A stretch of DNA of 64,000 nt from Candidatus Aceula meridiana (GTDB lineage Bacteria; Omnitrophota; Gorgyraeia; Zapsychrales; Aceulaceae): the NCBI GenBank assembly GCA_030765185.1, contig JAVCDE010000033.1, positions 10,957-74,956 of the forward strand, in the 5' to 3' direction. Position numbers and translations under genes: made by a program. The stretch's first letter is position 1. Each line of letters begins with the position of its first letter. The notes under the pieces are model-generated. The model was given only the letters and a program-made list of their open reading frames with translations. It was not told the DNA's origin and made no database searches. This document shows, piece after piece, positions 48,534 through 57,401 of this stretch.

Positions 48534-48729
48534 AGAGAATGTATTTTATATAAATATTAGTAGTAAGGGAAGGAAAAAGATTAACTGATGACATATTTTA
48601 CAGAACGACAGTGAACGTAAAATATCTGCCCAAATTTATCCAGCTTGCGCTGGATAAATGGCTGTAACTTTTGTAGACATTGATCCTGGCTGACTTGGGT
48701 CAGGATTTCCTTAATTAGATTATGCCAAT

Positions 48730-48764
48730 AAAATAGGGCCCTCAGATTCTGCGGGCCCTATTTT
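48730..48764. terminator. Bidirectional intrinsic terminator
   Basis: aaaatagggccc-N11-gggccctatttt. Confidence 0.8.
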
Positions 48765-48787
48765 CAGAACAACTCTTAAAAAACTTC

Positions 48788-48955
48788 TTATGCTTTTTTA
48801 TCCGTTAAAACTAGCCAAAGCGCATGAATTATTCCTGGAACGCCTAAGCAAAGGGTCGCGACAATGTTAATCCAGAAATGAGTTGAAACGCCTACTTGCA
48901 TGTAAGCTGCTACAGGTGGTAAAAAAATAGACAGAATGATTTTTAAAATTGGCAT
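48788..48955 (-). CDS. YqaE/Pmp3-family small membrane protein, 55 aa (absent from ORF track)
   Basis: MPILKIILSIFLPPVAAYMQVGVSTHFWINIVATLCLGVPGIIHALWLVLTDKKA with family motifs LPP and PGIIHA. AGGAG RBS. Confidence 0.92.
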   Translation of the reverse strand: MPILKIILSIFLPPVAAYMQVGVSTHFWINIVATLCLGVPGIIHALWLVLTDKKA

Positions 48956-48996
48956 TCTCTCCTCCTTTTTTTGTTTTCTTCGGTTAAAAATATTTT

Positions 48997-49467
48997 CTAA
49001 ACAGCGATTTGCGAATCCTTGCGGTCAATCGTCACTTCAGGTATTTCGCCTGTTTTGTCGACTGTAATGGTGTGGTAATTGGTGTCTGTCTTAAAGTAGT
49101 CTATTCCGCGTTCAATATATTGCTCATCAATCTTTTTAGGAGCAAAAAACTTTCGGCAGACTTGTCTTGCAACTTCAAGGTCAAAAGCCTTACAGCAATA
49201 AACATCGACAGAAATATAATTCTTTGGCGTGAGAGTGTGAATAACGATGGAACTTTCGATCAAAGGTGCCCAGCCAGAAAGGCCGGCTTTATCAGGAAAA
49301 CGTGTAGCATCGCTTCGGAAAATATTCGGCGGGGCCTGCTTTTCCATGCCGAGATCATCGACAATTTCATCTAAGAACTGATAGCAAGCCGAAAGGTCGT
49401 CGCAAACACCTTCCTTGCAATCATAAAGGTCTAGTAATAATTGGTATCCAAAAACTTGGTTGGTCAT
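48997..49467 (-). CDS. Pyruvoyl-dependent AdoMet-decarboxylase (SpeD)-family proenzyme
   Basis: G.QLLLDLYDC, GLSG...IE|SSIVIHT and VDVYCCKAFD. Confidence 0.8.
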   Translation of the reverse strand: MTNQVFGYQLLLDLYDCKEGVCDDLSACYQFLDEIVDDLGMEKQAPPNIFRSDATRFPDKAGLSGWAPLIESSIVIHTLTPKNYISVDVYCCKAFDLEVARQVCRKFFAPKKIDEQYIERGIDYFKTDTNYHTITVDKTGEIPEVTIDRKDSQIAV

Positions 49468-49560
49468 TTTTCGGCACGTTCCTTTTGTTATTAGTAGTAT
49501 TCTTATACTATAAAAACATGATAAAAAGCAAGAAAAAAATACCTAAATGCAAAAGTAAGG

Positions 49561-49758
49561 CTAAAAAATCGTTAGCAAGATAAAACTAAAAATAACCGCA
49601 AAAATGACAAAAAACCAAACAACCTTTGAGCTAGAATATTTAACTCTCCCTAAAAACCCTTTCCCTGCCCTCTGAAGACTTTCTCCGCAAAAATGACATA
49701 ATAGCGCATCTTCATCAGAAATAACCATGCCGCAATGTGGGCATTGATACTCAGCCAT
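49561..49758 (-). CDS. Small zinc-ribbon membrane protein
   Basis: CPHCG...CHFCG plus a C-terminal TM. Confidence 0.75.
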   Translation of the reverse strand: MAEYQCPHCGMVISDEDALLCHFCGESLQRAGKGFLGRVKYSSSKVVWFFVIFAVIFSFILLTIF

Positions 49759-50446
49759 GACGTTTCTCCTTTTTTCTTGCGAGAAAAATTACCAAAATCA
49801 AAGTGACGATTAAATAAGCAAAACTTAAAACAAAAACAAGCGTATTTTGCGTTAAATAATCAACCATCACCTGAGGATTCTTAAAAACAGCCTTCCCTAC
49901 GCCGCTTAAAACAAATTGAATCCAAAAAATCCTTACAGGGGAGCCAAGAATAACAAGTATTAAATATTTGCGAAACGGAATTTTTGTGAGGCCTACGCCC
50001 AAATCCAAAAACCGGAAAGGAACAATCGGAAAAGCCCGAAAAACAAAAATGCTCCAAAATCCCGAGCGTGCAATTTTCTCATCAATTTTAACAAAGCTCC
50101 CTTTAAGCCGACTTTGGATAAAATCACGGCCAAGCTTGCGGCTTAGATGAAAAAGAATAAAGGCATTTATAATCTCTGCAACCCAAATTAAAAATGTGCT
50201 TAAATACGCTCCAAAAACAACAGCCCCGACAATCTTAAAAAGGTCTTTGGCCAGCCATGCCACAAATGTCACGCCGACATAAAGTCCGATAAAAATAATG
50301 CTTGATAGTCCCGTCGGTAAACTCTTTAGAAATCCCTCATAGTCAAAATCAGTAATCTTAAGGATTTGCCCTGCTTGCCAAAATAAAACAAGCAAGAGGA
50401 TAAAAATGACAAATTTAATCTGAGGGGAAAATTTAGTATTCTGCAT
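49751..50446 (-). CDS. TVP38/TMEM64 (DedA/VTT) family membrane protein
   Basis: GAVVFG, SRKLGR and FRAFPIVPF. Confidence 0.85.
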   Translation of the reverse strand: MQNTKFSPQIKFVIFILLLVLFWQAGQILKITDFDYEGFLKSLPTGLSSIIFIGLYVGVTFVAWLAKDLFKIVGAVVFGAYLSTFLIWVAEIINAFILFHLSRKLGRDFIQSRLKGSFVKIDEKIARSGFWSIFVFRAFPIVPFRFLDLGVGLTKIPFRKYLILVILGSPVRIFWIQFVLSGVGKAVFKNPQVMVDYLTQNTLVFVLSFAYLIVTLILVIFLARKKEKRHG

Positions 50447-51869
50447 TCTTAAAATATTGCGCATCCTGTAATAGCTCAAAGAATTGAGGATATTGAGACT
50501 GTTTCATTTTAACATACTGCAAGAAGTTCTGCTCTGTTTTATCACGCGTCCAAAGAACTTTTTCTCTTAAATCTCCTCTTAGCAAGAAAGAGGCATAATA
50601 ACTCATCGGTTGCATAACAGGATACAATTTTCTCAGTCTTATTTCTTTGTCTTCTAGAAAAATCGGCCTCTTTCCATCTTTCTGAAAATAATCATCCACC
50701 GCAGATTCCATCTGAAGACCGAGATCATAAAGGCTTTGCTTCTCTTTTGTTTGCTTAAGCAGAGCTTGATGTTGATAAAAAATATGTACCCCGGCAAAAA
50801 GGACAAGGACAGGAATTAATATTTTCTTTTTTCGATTAAAAAAAGAAAGCCATTCTTGGCTCTGCACAATAGATCCAAAAATCAAACAAACAATCGCCGC
50901 TATTCCGAAAGAAGGATAAAACGCATACCGCGGCGAATAAAGAAGCCTTAGCCCCCATTTACCTCGGCCAAAATAAACAAAAAGGAAATTGCCGACAATC
51001 CATAAAACAAAAAAAACGACAATCTTAAAATTTATCTTTTTTCTTTGAACAAATGCCATTAAAAAGAAAAAAACAATCAAAAACCAAGACAGATCGTGAT
51101 AAGAAGTCAACCGCGGCAAAGTATAAACCCAAATGGCTTTACCCGTCAACAGCACAGCTCCTAATAAATTTTCTAAAGGATTGGAAATAACCGAAATAGC
51201 CTTAGTTTCGACAAGAAAAAGAACAGCGCTTAAAACCCAAACTACTGAAGGCCCGATAATTGTTCTTTTCCAGCTCTTGTCTTCAAGGCATAAAATCGTA
51301 AAAAAAATAACCCATCCCCCTGTCAGAATTCCCATTGCCGAAAACAGCGGCGCTACAAAAACACACGCCATAACAAAGAAATGCCATAATGATTTCTTTG
51401 TTTGTTGATATTTTATCAAACTATAAAATGCAAAAAGAATAACCGGAAGACAAAACGTTGAGTGAGAAAAGACTGTCTCTAAGCATCTCGTGTAGCCCAT
51501 TGACCAAAGTACAAAAATACCGGCAAGAATGCCCGCCGCTTTAGAACGTGCCAGATGTTCAATAAGCTTCATAAAAATCCATCCTGACAGAAAAAAAGCC
51601 GCGATTGAAAGAACATGATAAATAAAAGGATTAACCCAAGACAGTTTAAAGCAAACAAGATAAATAAGACTGAAAAGCGGAATAAAATGTCCGTCTCCAG
51701 GCCGCATAAGATATCCAAAAAAATCTTTTATCCCATCAGCGCGAGAAATAAAATAAAAGTTATCAATATCATCTAAAGAATAAGACCACTCCAAAATTGG
51801 AATAATAATAAGGAAGGAAAAAAAAAGAACTAAAAAATAGGGATTTTTTAAAATAAATAAAACTTTCAA
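50433..51869 (-). CDS. Multi-pass membrane protein, possible GT-C glycosyltransferase
   Basis: DD..N in first loop, GHFIPL, 11-12 TM and PRY. Function inferred only. Confidence 0.6.
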   Translation of the reverse strand: MKVLFILKNPYFLVLFFSFLIIIPILEWSYSLDDIDNFYFISRADGIKDFFGYLMRPGDGHFIPLFSLIYLVCFKLSWVNPFIYHVLSIAAFFLSGWIFMKLIEHLARSKAAGILAGIFVLWSMGYTRCLETVFSHSTFCLPVILFAFYSLIKYQQTKKSLWHFFVMACVFVAPLFSAMGILTGGWVIFFTILCLEDKSWKRTIIGPSVVWVLSAVLFLVETKAISVISNPLENLLGAVLLTGKAIWVYTLPRLTSYHDLSWFLIVFFFLMAFVQRKKINFKIVVFFVLWIVGNFLFVYFGRGKWGLRLLYSPRYAFYPSFGIAAIVCLIFGSIVQSQEWLSFFNRKKKILIPVLVLFAGVHIFYQHQALLKQTKEKQSLYDLGLQMESAVDDYFQKDGKRPIFLEDKEIRLRKLYPVMQPMSYYASFLLRGDLREKVLWTRDKTEQNFLQYVKMKQSQYPQFFELLQDAQYFKNAEY

Positions 51870-51885
51870 TTTAAAAGGATGTTTT

Positions 51886-53784
51886 TTAATTAAGAGAAGA
51901 AATATTCTTCTTTAAATAAACCATCAAGATTGAAATCGCAGATGGCGTCACGCCCGAAATGCGGTGGGCCTGGCCTAATGTCGTCGGAGTAAAACGCTTG
52001 AGTTTCTGCTGAATTTCCATCGAAAGGCCCGGAACACTCGTGTAATCCAAATTTAAAGGAATTTTAATATATTCAAGATATTTAAACCTCTCGATGTTCT
52101 TTCGCTGCTGCTGAATAAACCCTTCATATTTAAGCTCGTATTCAACCTGATCAATAATTTCTTTAGGAAGATTTTTTAAATTTCCGTTAAAAGGCGCGAT
52201 CATTTGATACGAGATACCCGGCCGTTTTAAAATATTGCTTAAAGCTGTCACGTTTCTGAGGGGAGCGCTTTGTTGCGCGCACAAGACCTCATCAATCTCT
52301 TTACAAGGCGCAATGCGCACCTTTTTCAAATGATCAATTTCTTCCTGGATAACAGCATATTTCTTCTTAACTTCTTCATAATCTTCTTTTGTCATCAAGC
52401 CAAACTGATAAGAATATTCACACATACGCCTGTCCGCGTTATCTTCACGAACAACAAGCCTATGCTCAACGCGCGAAGTAAACATGCGATAAGGCTCTTC
52501 AGTTCCCTTGGTAATTAAATCATCAATTAAAACGCCAATATACGCCTCCTCCCGCCCTAAAACAAAAGGCTCTTTTTCTTTAACTTTTAACGCCGCGTTA
52601 ATGCCAGCGACAAGCCCTTGAGCCGCGGCTTCTTCGTAGCCAGTCGTTCCATTAATTTGCCCAGCACAAAAAAAGCCTTTGATTTTCTTAGTCTCTAAAA
52701 AAGGTGTCAGTTGCGTTGAGTCAATAACATCATGCTCAATAGAATATCCATATCTCACAATCTTAGCCTTTTCAAGACCCTTGATAGAATGAACAAACTT
52801 TTCCTGAACCTTTTCCGGAAGGCCAGTAGAAATTCCATTAGGATAATAAAGATCATCATCTAATCCTTCTGGCTCCAAGAAAACTTGGTGCGTATCCTTA
52901 GCAGAAAATTTTACTAATTTATCCTCGATTGACGGACAATAACGGACACCCGTTGATTGAATTTTCCCGGAATACATAGGAGAAAGGTGCATATTCGCGC
53001 GAATAATGTCATGTGTCTTTTTATTCGTTGTTGTAATATAGCACGGTAAAAGTTTCTGTGTTTTTGGAACTTCTTTTGTAGAAAATGAAAAAGGCATAGG
53101 AGTTTCGTCAGAATCTTGACGTGTCATTTTAGAAAAATCGATACTTTTGCCATCAATGCGCGCAGGAGTTCCAGTCTTAAAACTCATCAGATCAAACCCA
53201 AGACTTTGAAGATTATTTGCAAGGCAAGTTGAATTTGATTCATTAATGCGGCCTGAAGGAAACGTCTTAGGTCCGATATGAATTTTGCCATTTAAGAAAG
53301 TTCCCGGCGTTAAAACAACTGTCTTGCAATAAACAATTTCGCCTTCTTCTGTGCGGATACCATAAACTTTAGATTTCTTCACAAGAATTTCTACCACCTT
53401 ACCTTGCTTAAAAGTAAGATTCTCTTGTTGCGCAGAAACTACCTTTTGCATATAAATTCGATACTTCTTTCTATCTGATTGGCATCGTGATGAATGCACA
53501 GCTTGACCTTTAGAAGCATTTAAGCGTCGAAACTGAATAGCGGTTTTATCAGCCGCTTTTCCCATTTCTCCTCCTAAGGCATCAATCTCTTTAACCAATT
53601 GCCCTTTGCCTACGCCTCCGATAGCCGGATTGCAACTCATCTCGCCGACGGTTTCAAAAGTAAGATTAATCATCATCGTTTTTAGGCCCATGCGGCTTGC
53701 GACTAAGGCTGCCTCGCAGCCCGCATGACCACCACCTATGACAATGCAATCATATACGCTTTTGCGCTTAAAAAATTGAATCAT
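51886..53784 (-). CDS. mnmG: tRNA U34 5-carboxymethylaminomethyl modification enzyme MnmG (GidA)
   Basis: GGGHAGCEAA, MSCNPAIGG, FKTGTP, RYCPSIEDK and GQINGTTGYEEAAAQG. Confidence 0.98.
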   Translation of the reverse strand: MIQFFKRKSVYDCIVIGGGHAGCEAALVASRMGLKTMMINLTFETVGEMSCNPAIGGVGKGQLVKEIDALGGEMGKAADKTAIQFRRLNASKGQAVHSSRCQSDRKKYRIYMQKVVSAQQENLTFKQGKVVEILVKKSKVYGIRTEEGEIVYCKTVVLTPGTFLNGKIHIGPKTFPSGRINESNSTCLANNLQSLGFDLMSFKTGTPARIDGKSIDFSKMTRQDSDETPMPFSFSTKEVPKTQKLLPCYITTTNKKTHDIIRANMHLSPMYSGKIQSTGVRYCPSIEDKLVKFSAKDTHQVFLEPEGLDDDLYYPNGISTGLPEKVQEKFVHSIKGLEKAKIVRYGYSIEHDVIDSTQLTPFLETKKIKGFFCAGQINGTTGYEEAAAQGLVAGINAALKVKEKEPFVLGREEAYIGVLIDDLITKGTEEPYRMFTSRVEHRLVVREDNADRRMCEYSYQFGLMTKEDYEEVKKKYAVIQEEIDHLKKVRIAPCKEIDEVLCAQQSAPLRNVTALSNILKRPGISYQMIAPFNGNLKNLPKEIIDQVEYELKYEGFIQQQRKNIERFKYLEYIKIPLNLDYTSVPGLSMEIQQKLKRFTPTTLGQAHRISGVTPSAISILMVYLKKNISSLN

Positions 53785-53788
53785 AAAG

Positions 53789-53965
53789 TTATTTCTTTGG
53801 ATTTTCCTTAATAGAAAAGTAACTATTGATGACTGTCAAAACCAACAAAATTCCTACTAAGATGTTTAAATCAGGATATTGAAATCCCTGGAAGGTAATC
53901 ACTAAAACTCCAATAACCGTCAAAGTCCACAATGAATACATTATAAGCGTGACAAATCTTCCCAC
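53789..53965 (-). CDS. Small 2-TM protein, 58 aa (absent from ORF track)
   Basis: GGAGG RBS, GTG start; MGRFVTLIMYSLWTLTVIGVLVITFQGFQYPDLNILVGILLVLTVINSYFSIKENPKK; stops 4 nt before mnmG. Confidence 0.65.
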   Translation of the reverse strand: MGRFVTLIMYSLWTLTVIGVLVITFQGFQYPDLNILVGILLVLTVINSYFSIKENPKK

Positions 53966-54038
53966 CCTTTTTCCTCCATATTTTCAAAATAAAGAATTTT
54001 AAACGATCTTAAATGAAATCCTTCAAGAATTGCCTATA

Positions 54039-54067
54039 AGGATAGCGCCTAAATAAAAGATTGTCAA
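54039..54067 (-). promoter_or_regulatory. sigma70-type promoter upstream of small ORF-mnmG
   Basis: TTGACA-17 bp-TATCCT. Confidence 0.6.
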
Positions 54068-54100
54068 CAGTCTCTTGGGTGTACAAAAAAGGAATGGAAT

Positions 54101-55114
54101 TTAATCCGAGGCAGGTGACGCGCAGGATTCGCGCGTAATAAGCTCTGGCTCTAAAAGAATCTTAACAGCAGAATGTTTGCGTCCTGCGACGATCGCATTA
54201 AGATTGCGGACAGCTTCTTCAGCCATTTTAAAGAGTGGCTGATGAACAGTCGTAAGGCTGATAGAGCCATAGAGGCCTGCAGGGTTATCGTCAAATCCAA
54301 CAACAGAAAGGTCTCTAGGGACCTTAAGGCCATTTTCAATAGCCACGTTAATGATCTCAAGGGCCATATCGTCACTGGCGGCAAAAATAGCCGTTGGGCG
54401 GTCTTTTTTAGGAAGAGCTAAAAACTTCTCAAGGGCAAGCCTCGCGCAGCGACGGGAATAATCACCTTCATAAATATATTTATCATTGATTCCAATCTTA
54501 CTTTTTTTAAAAATATTTTTATACCCTTCTAGACGGTGCATCCCGCTTTGCGTCTGAAGGCTTCCGGTTACGATTGCAATTTTTTGATGCCCTAGTCCAA
54601 CTAAATACTCTGTAGCAATTTCACCACCCTTGACATTGTCCACTGCAATGTAGTTAACGTCTAAATCGTCAACGATATTGTTCACAACCATGCAAGAAAT
54701 ATTCTCAGTCAACGCAGATTCAATTTGCTTTCGATTCTCAATAATATCTGCGAAAATAACACCGCCGACATTGGTTGTGTTTAATGGATTAAGTCCATTG
54801 GTAATATGAAAAACTAAGTCAATCTTTAAAGTTTCACAGGCGTGGCCCACTCCGCGGATTAATTCCATCGCATAAAATGAATGAAAAACACCCGGATAAC
54901 CCGGCATCACAAGCCCAACTGCCGTGCTTAGTCCCCTTGCTAGCCGCTGAGCGCTAACATTAGGCTTGAAATGTAAATGGGCAATGGCTTCTTCGACTTT
55001 TTCGCGATTTTTCTTAGAAACGGTAGAAACATTATTAATTACGCGCGAAACAGTTGTAATGGATACCCTTGCGCGCTTAGCGACATCCTCGATGCTTAGG
55101 TTTCTTTTTGTCAC
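54101..55114 (-). CDS. LacI-family transcriptional regulator
   Basis: SIEDVAKRARVSITTVSRVIN, GHQKIA, VPRDLSVVGFDD, LTTVHQP and RES. Confidence 0.96.
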   Translation of the reverse strand: MTKRNLSIEDVAKRARVSITTVSRVINNVSTVSKKNREKVEEAIAHLHFKPNVSAQRLARGLSTAVGLVMPGYPGVFHSFYAMELIRGVGHACETLKIDLVFHITNGLNPLNTTNVGGVIFADIIENRKQIESALTENISCMVVNNIVDDLDVNYIAVDNVKGGEIATEYLVGLGHQKIAIVTGSLQTQSGMHRLEGYKNIFKKSKIGINDKYIYEGDYSRRCARLALEKFLALPKKDRPTAIFAASDDMALEIINVAIENGLKVPRDLSVVGFDDNPAGLYGSISLTTVHQPLFKMAEEAVRNLNAIVAGRKHSAVKILLEPELITRESCASPASD

Positions 55115-55120
55115 AGTTTT

Positions 55121-56395
55121 TTATTTAATAATGTCGCCCGTTTGAAGCGGCATGGATTGTTGTTTGATATCTGCGGCAGAGATATCTTTGCGAACTTGGA
55201 TAACTTCTAACTCGCCGATATACTGTGAGCCGCGATAAACGCTGAAGGTGTCACCAATATTTGCACCAGAAGTCTCCCCGATGTCGATAATAACAAAATT
55301 ATTTTCTTGATTGATGTTGATAATTGAGCCTGCAGACTCAAAGGATGCTACAGGAGTTGTCTCCATAGGCTCAGAAGAAGGCATGTCGATTGCGCTGTTA
55401 CCGTTAACAACGATAGGCGGTAAGATAATTTCTTGGGATTGTGATCCGTTAAGTTTTCGGTCGATGTCGCGTCTAATGTCAGAAACCTCATCGATGCGGC
55501 TTTGTACAATCATTTCTGTTTCATCGAGTTTTTTTTCAATCTTATTCTTATCGCTCTGCAGCCTGGAAACACTCCTCTCTAAAATCACTTTAAGCGCTCC
55601 CAGCTGTTTGACCTGGGAGCGCAGTGATAAATTTTCATCTTTGATCTTTCCTAGATGCTCGTCTATAAACTGTTTATTATTCTTCTCACGTACTAAGTCT
55701 ACCGAAAGATTATCAATCATCTCTTGTGTACGTTTTGCTTTTTGTTCAATTTCGTCTCTCTCGTTCTTTAGATAACTAACTTCTAACCCTAAGTCGGTAT
55801 TTTCTTTCTTGAGCTCTTCAATCTCGATTGAGCTCTCAGCCAATTCATTTTCTAAATCTCCAACGCGTAAGCTCAATTCAGCTTTTTCTTGTAAAACATC
55901 AGCCCAATAGCTTTCAAGTTCTTTATCTGGTTCTTGGTCGACAGTCTGAGAAATCACAACAGGCGCAGCCTTTTGTATTGGTTTCTCTTGAAGCTTGGCA
56001 ATAGCATCATCTCTCTCTGTTTGAACTTCCTTATAACGATTTTTCCATTCATCTTTTGCTGCAGTTGCTTTTTCAATCTTATTGTTCATTTCAGCAATAC
56101 GATCTTGAAAAGCCTCAACTTGCCCAGTAAGCTCATCAACTTGATCCTCTAAATCTTCTTTAAAAGCAACAGCCTCCTCTGCTCTTTTAGACAACTCGTC
56201 TTTTTCTTGAGCCAAGGCCTCGGACTGCTTTTGACTCTGAATCAATTTCTTTTTTTGCTCGGACAATTCTGTCGTTATTTTTGCGTTGGCTTCGTCTAGT
56301 TCGGTCTTTTGGCTTAACGTCGAAAGAGCAATCCCAACACTCACAAGTAAAAGCAGAGCTAAAATAATAATAATCTGCTTAGCAACTTTTGACAT
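55121..56395 (-). CDS. Membrane-anchored long coiled-coil protein with C-terminal beta-barrel (FlgT-C-like)
   Basis: N-terminal TM, about 290 aa of heptads, then NFVIIDIGETSGANIGDTFSVYR...IGELEVIQVR. Confidence 0.75.
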   Translation of the reverse strand: MSKVAKQIIIILALLLLVSVGIALSTLSQKTELDEANAKITTELSEQKKKLIQSQKQSEALAQEKDELSKRAEEAVAFKEDLEDQVDELTGQVEAFQDRIAEMNNKIEKATAAKDEWKNRYKEVQTERDDAIAKLQEKPIQKAAPVVISQTVDQEPDKELESYWADVLQEKAELSLRVGDLENELAESSIEIEELKKENTDLGLEVSYLKNERDEIEQKAKRTQEMIDNLSVDLVREKNNKQFIDEHLGKIKDENLSLRSQVKQLGALKVILERSVSRLQSDKNKIEKKLDETEMIVQSRIDEVSDIRRDIDRKLNGSQSQEIILPPIVVNGNSAIDMPSSEPMETTPVASFESAGSIININQENNFVIIDIGETSGANIGDTFSVYRGSQYIGELEVIQVRKDISAADIKQQSMPLQTGDIIK

Positions 56396-56603
56396 AATTC
56401 CTCACTTGTTAAATAAATTCATTTTAAATACTGATATAATTTTATGTTATTCTTAATATATCAAAGAGTTAGATACAAAACAAGAAAAAGTATATTTTTT
56501 ATTATATTAATAAAAAAATAATTACTAACCCTGCGAATGCGGTGTTATTTCGTACAACGATTTACCCTCACCAGCGCTCCGTAAATTATACCCTTAATAA
56601 CTT

Positions 56604-56642
56604 AATAAAATAAAGAGGGCTAGAAATTTCCAGCCCTCTTTA
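56604..56642 (-). terminator. Intrinsic terminator
   Basis: taaagagggct-loop-agccctcttta followed by TTTTATT on the - strand. Confidence 0.75.
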
Positions 56643-56665
56643 TAGAATAATACTTGCTCTGCTCT

Positions 56666-57295
56666 TTATTCGTATCTTATGTCGTCTAAATAAAAAGTAC
56701 AGCTCTCTGGGTTAACATCAACGTTAGTAGACCATGAGAACCCTCCGCTGACATATGTTAGATCTTTACCTCTTAGATCAATAGAATACTCTTTCCATTC
56801 ATTTGTCAAAATGACGGGCCCGATAAAAGCTGAATCGGTATCCGGATAGTCTCCCGTAACCCCACCCATTTTAATCTCTTCAATTCTCTCGCCGCCTTTT
56901 TCGCCTTTGGCCCAAAAAGTTAGCTTCGTTGCGCCATTGAGATTATAGCCACCTTTTCGGCTTCCCCAATTATGCGCGGGATTCTGCCAATAAATTCCGG
57001 CCCAGCGTGCACTTTCTCTTGAGCATTCAACATCGTAAATAACCTTGATACATGTCCTTTCCGAATGACAACTTTCCTGCCAACGGTCATTAAAATCGAG
57101 GCACTGTCCGTCGGGCATAAATCCCGATGGGATATAGTGATTGTCTCTGGACCCAATATTTGTATAAATAGGAAACGCCTTAAACTGAGTTTCTTCTTGT
57201 TGGTTGGAAGATGATTGATTTTCTTGATTGGATTTCTGCATGCACCCTGCAAAAATAACAAAAAGAACGCAGAGCCCCACCAGCCCTTTTTTCAT
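56666..57295 (-). CDS. Lipoprotein with galactose-binding/CBM11-like beta-sandwich
   Basis: Lipobox FAGC; WAGIYW, YNLNGATKLTFWAKGEKGGE, LTNEWKEYSIDL and FYLDDIRYE. Confidence 0.75.
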   Translation of the reverse strand: MKKGLVGLCVLFVIFAGCMQKSNQENQSSSNQQEETQFKAFPIYTNIGSRDNHYIPSGFMPDGQCLDFNDRWQESCHSERTCIKVIYDVECSRESARWAGIYWQNPAHNWGSRKGGYNLNGATKLTFWAKGEKGGERIEEIKMGGVTGDYPDTDSAFIGPVILTNEWKEYSIDLRGKDLTYVSGGFSWSTNVDVNPESCTFYLDDIRYE

Positions 57296-57401
57296 TTGAT
57301 CCCCTTTCAAATCCTTAGAATTTTAGCGGTTATAAGAAAAGAGTCCCCGTGAACATAAAAGAGGGACTGGTGTCCGCTGCTAGTGGCAGCGGACACTCGA
57401 A

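Noticed and set aside
48585-48630. CTGATGA followed by a stem, resembling a hammerhead ribozyme core
   Set aside because: No GAAA after the putative stem II, and no consistent stems I/III.
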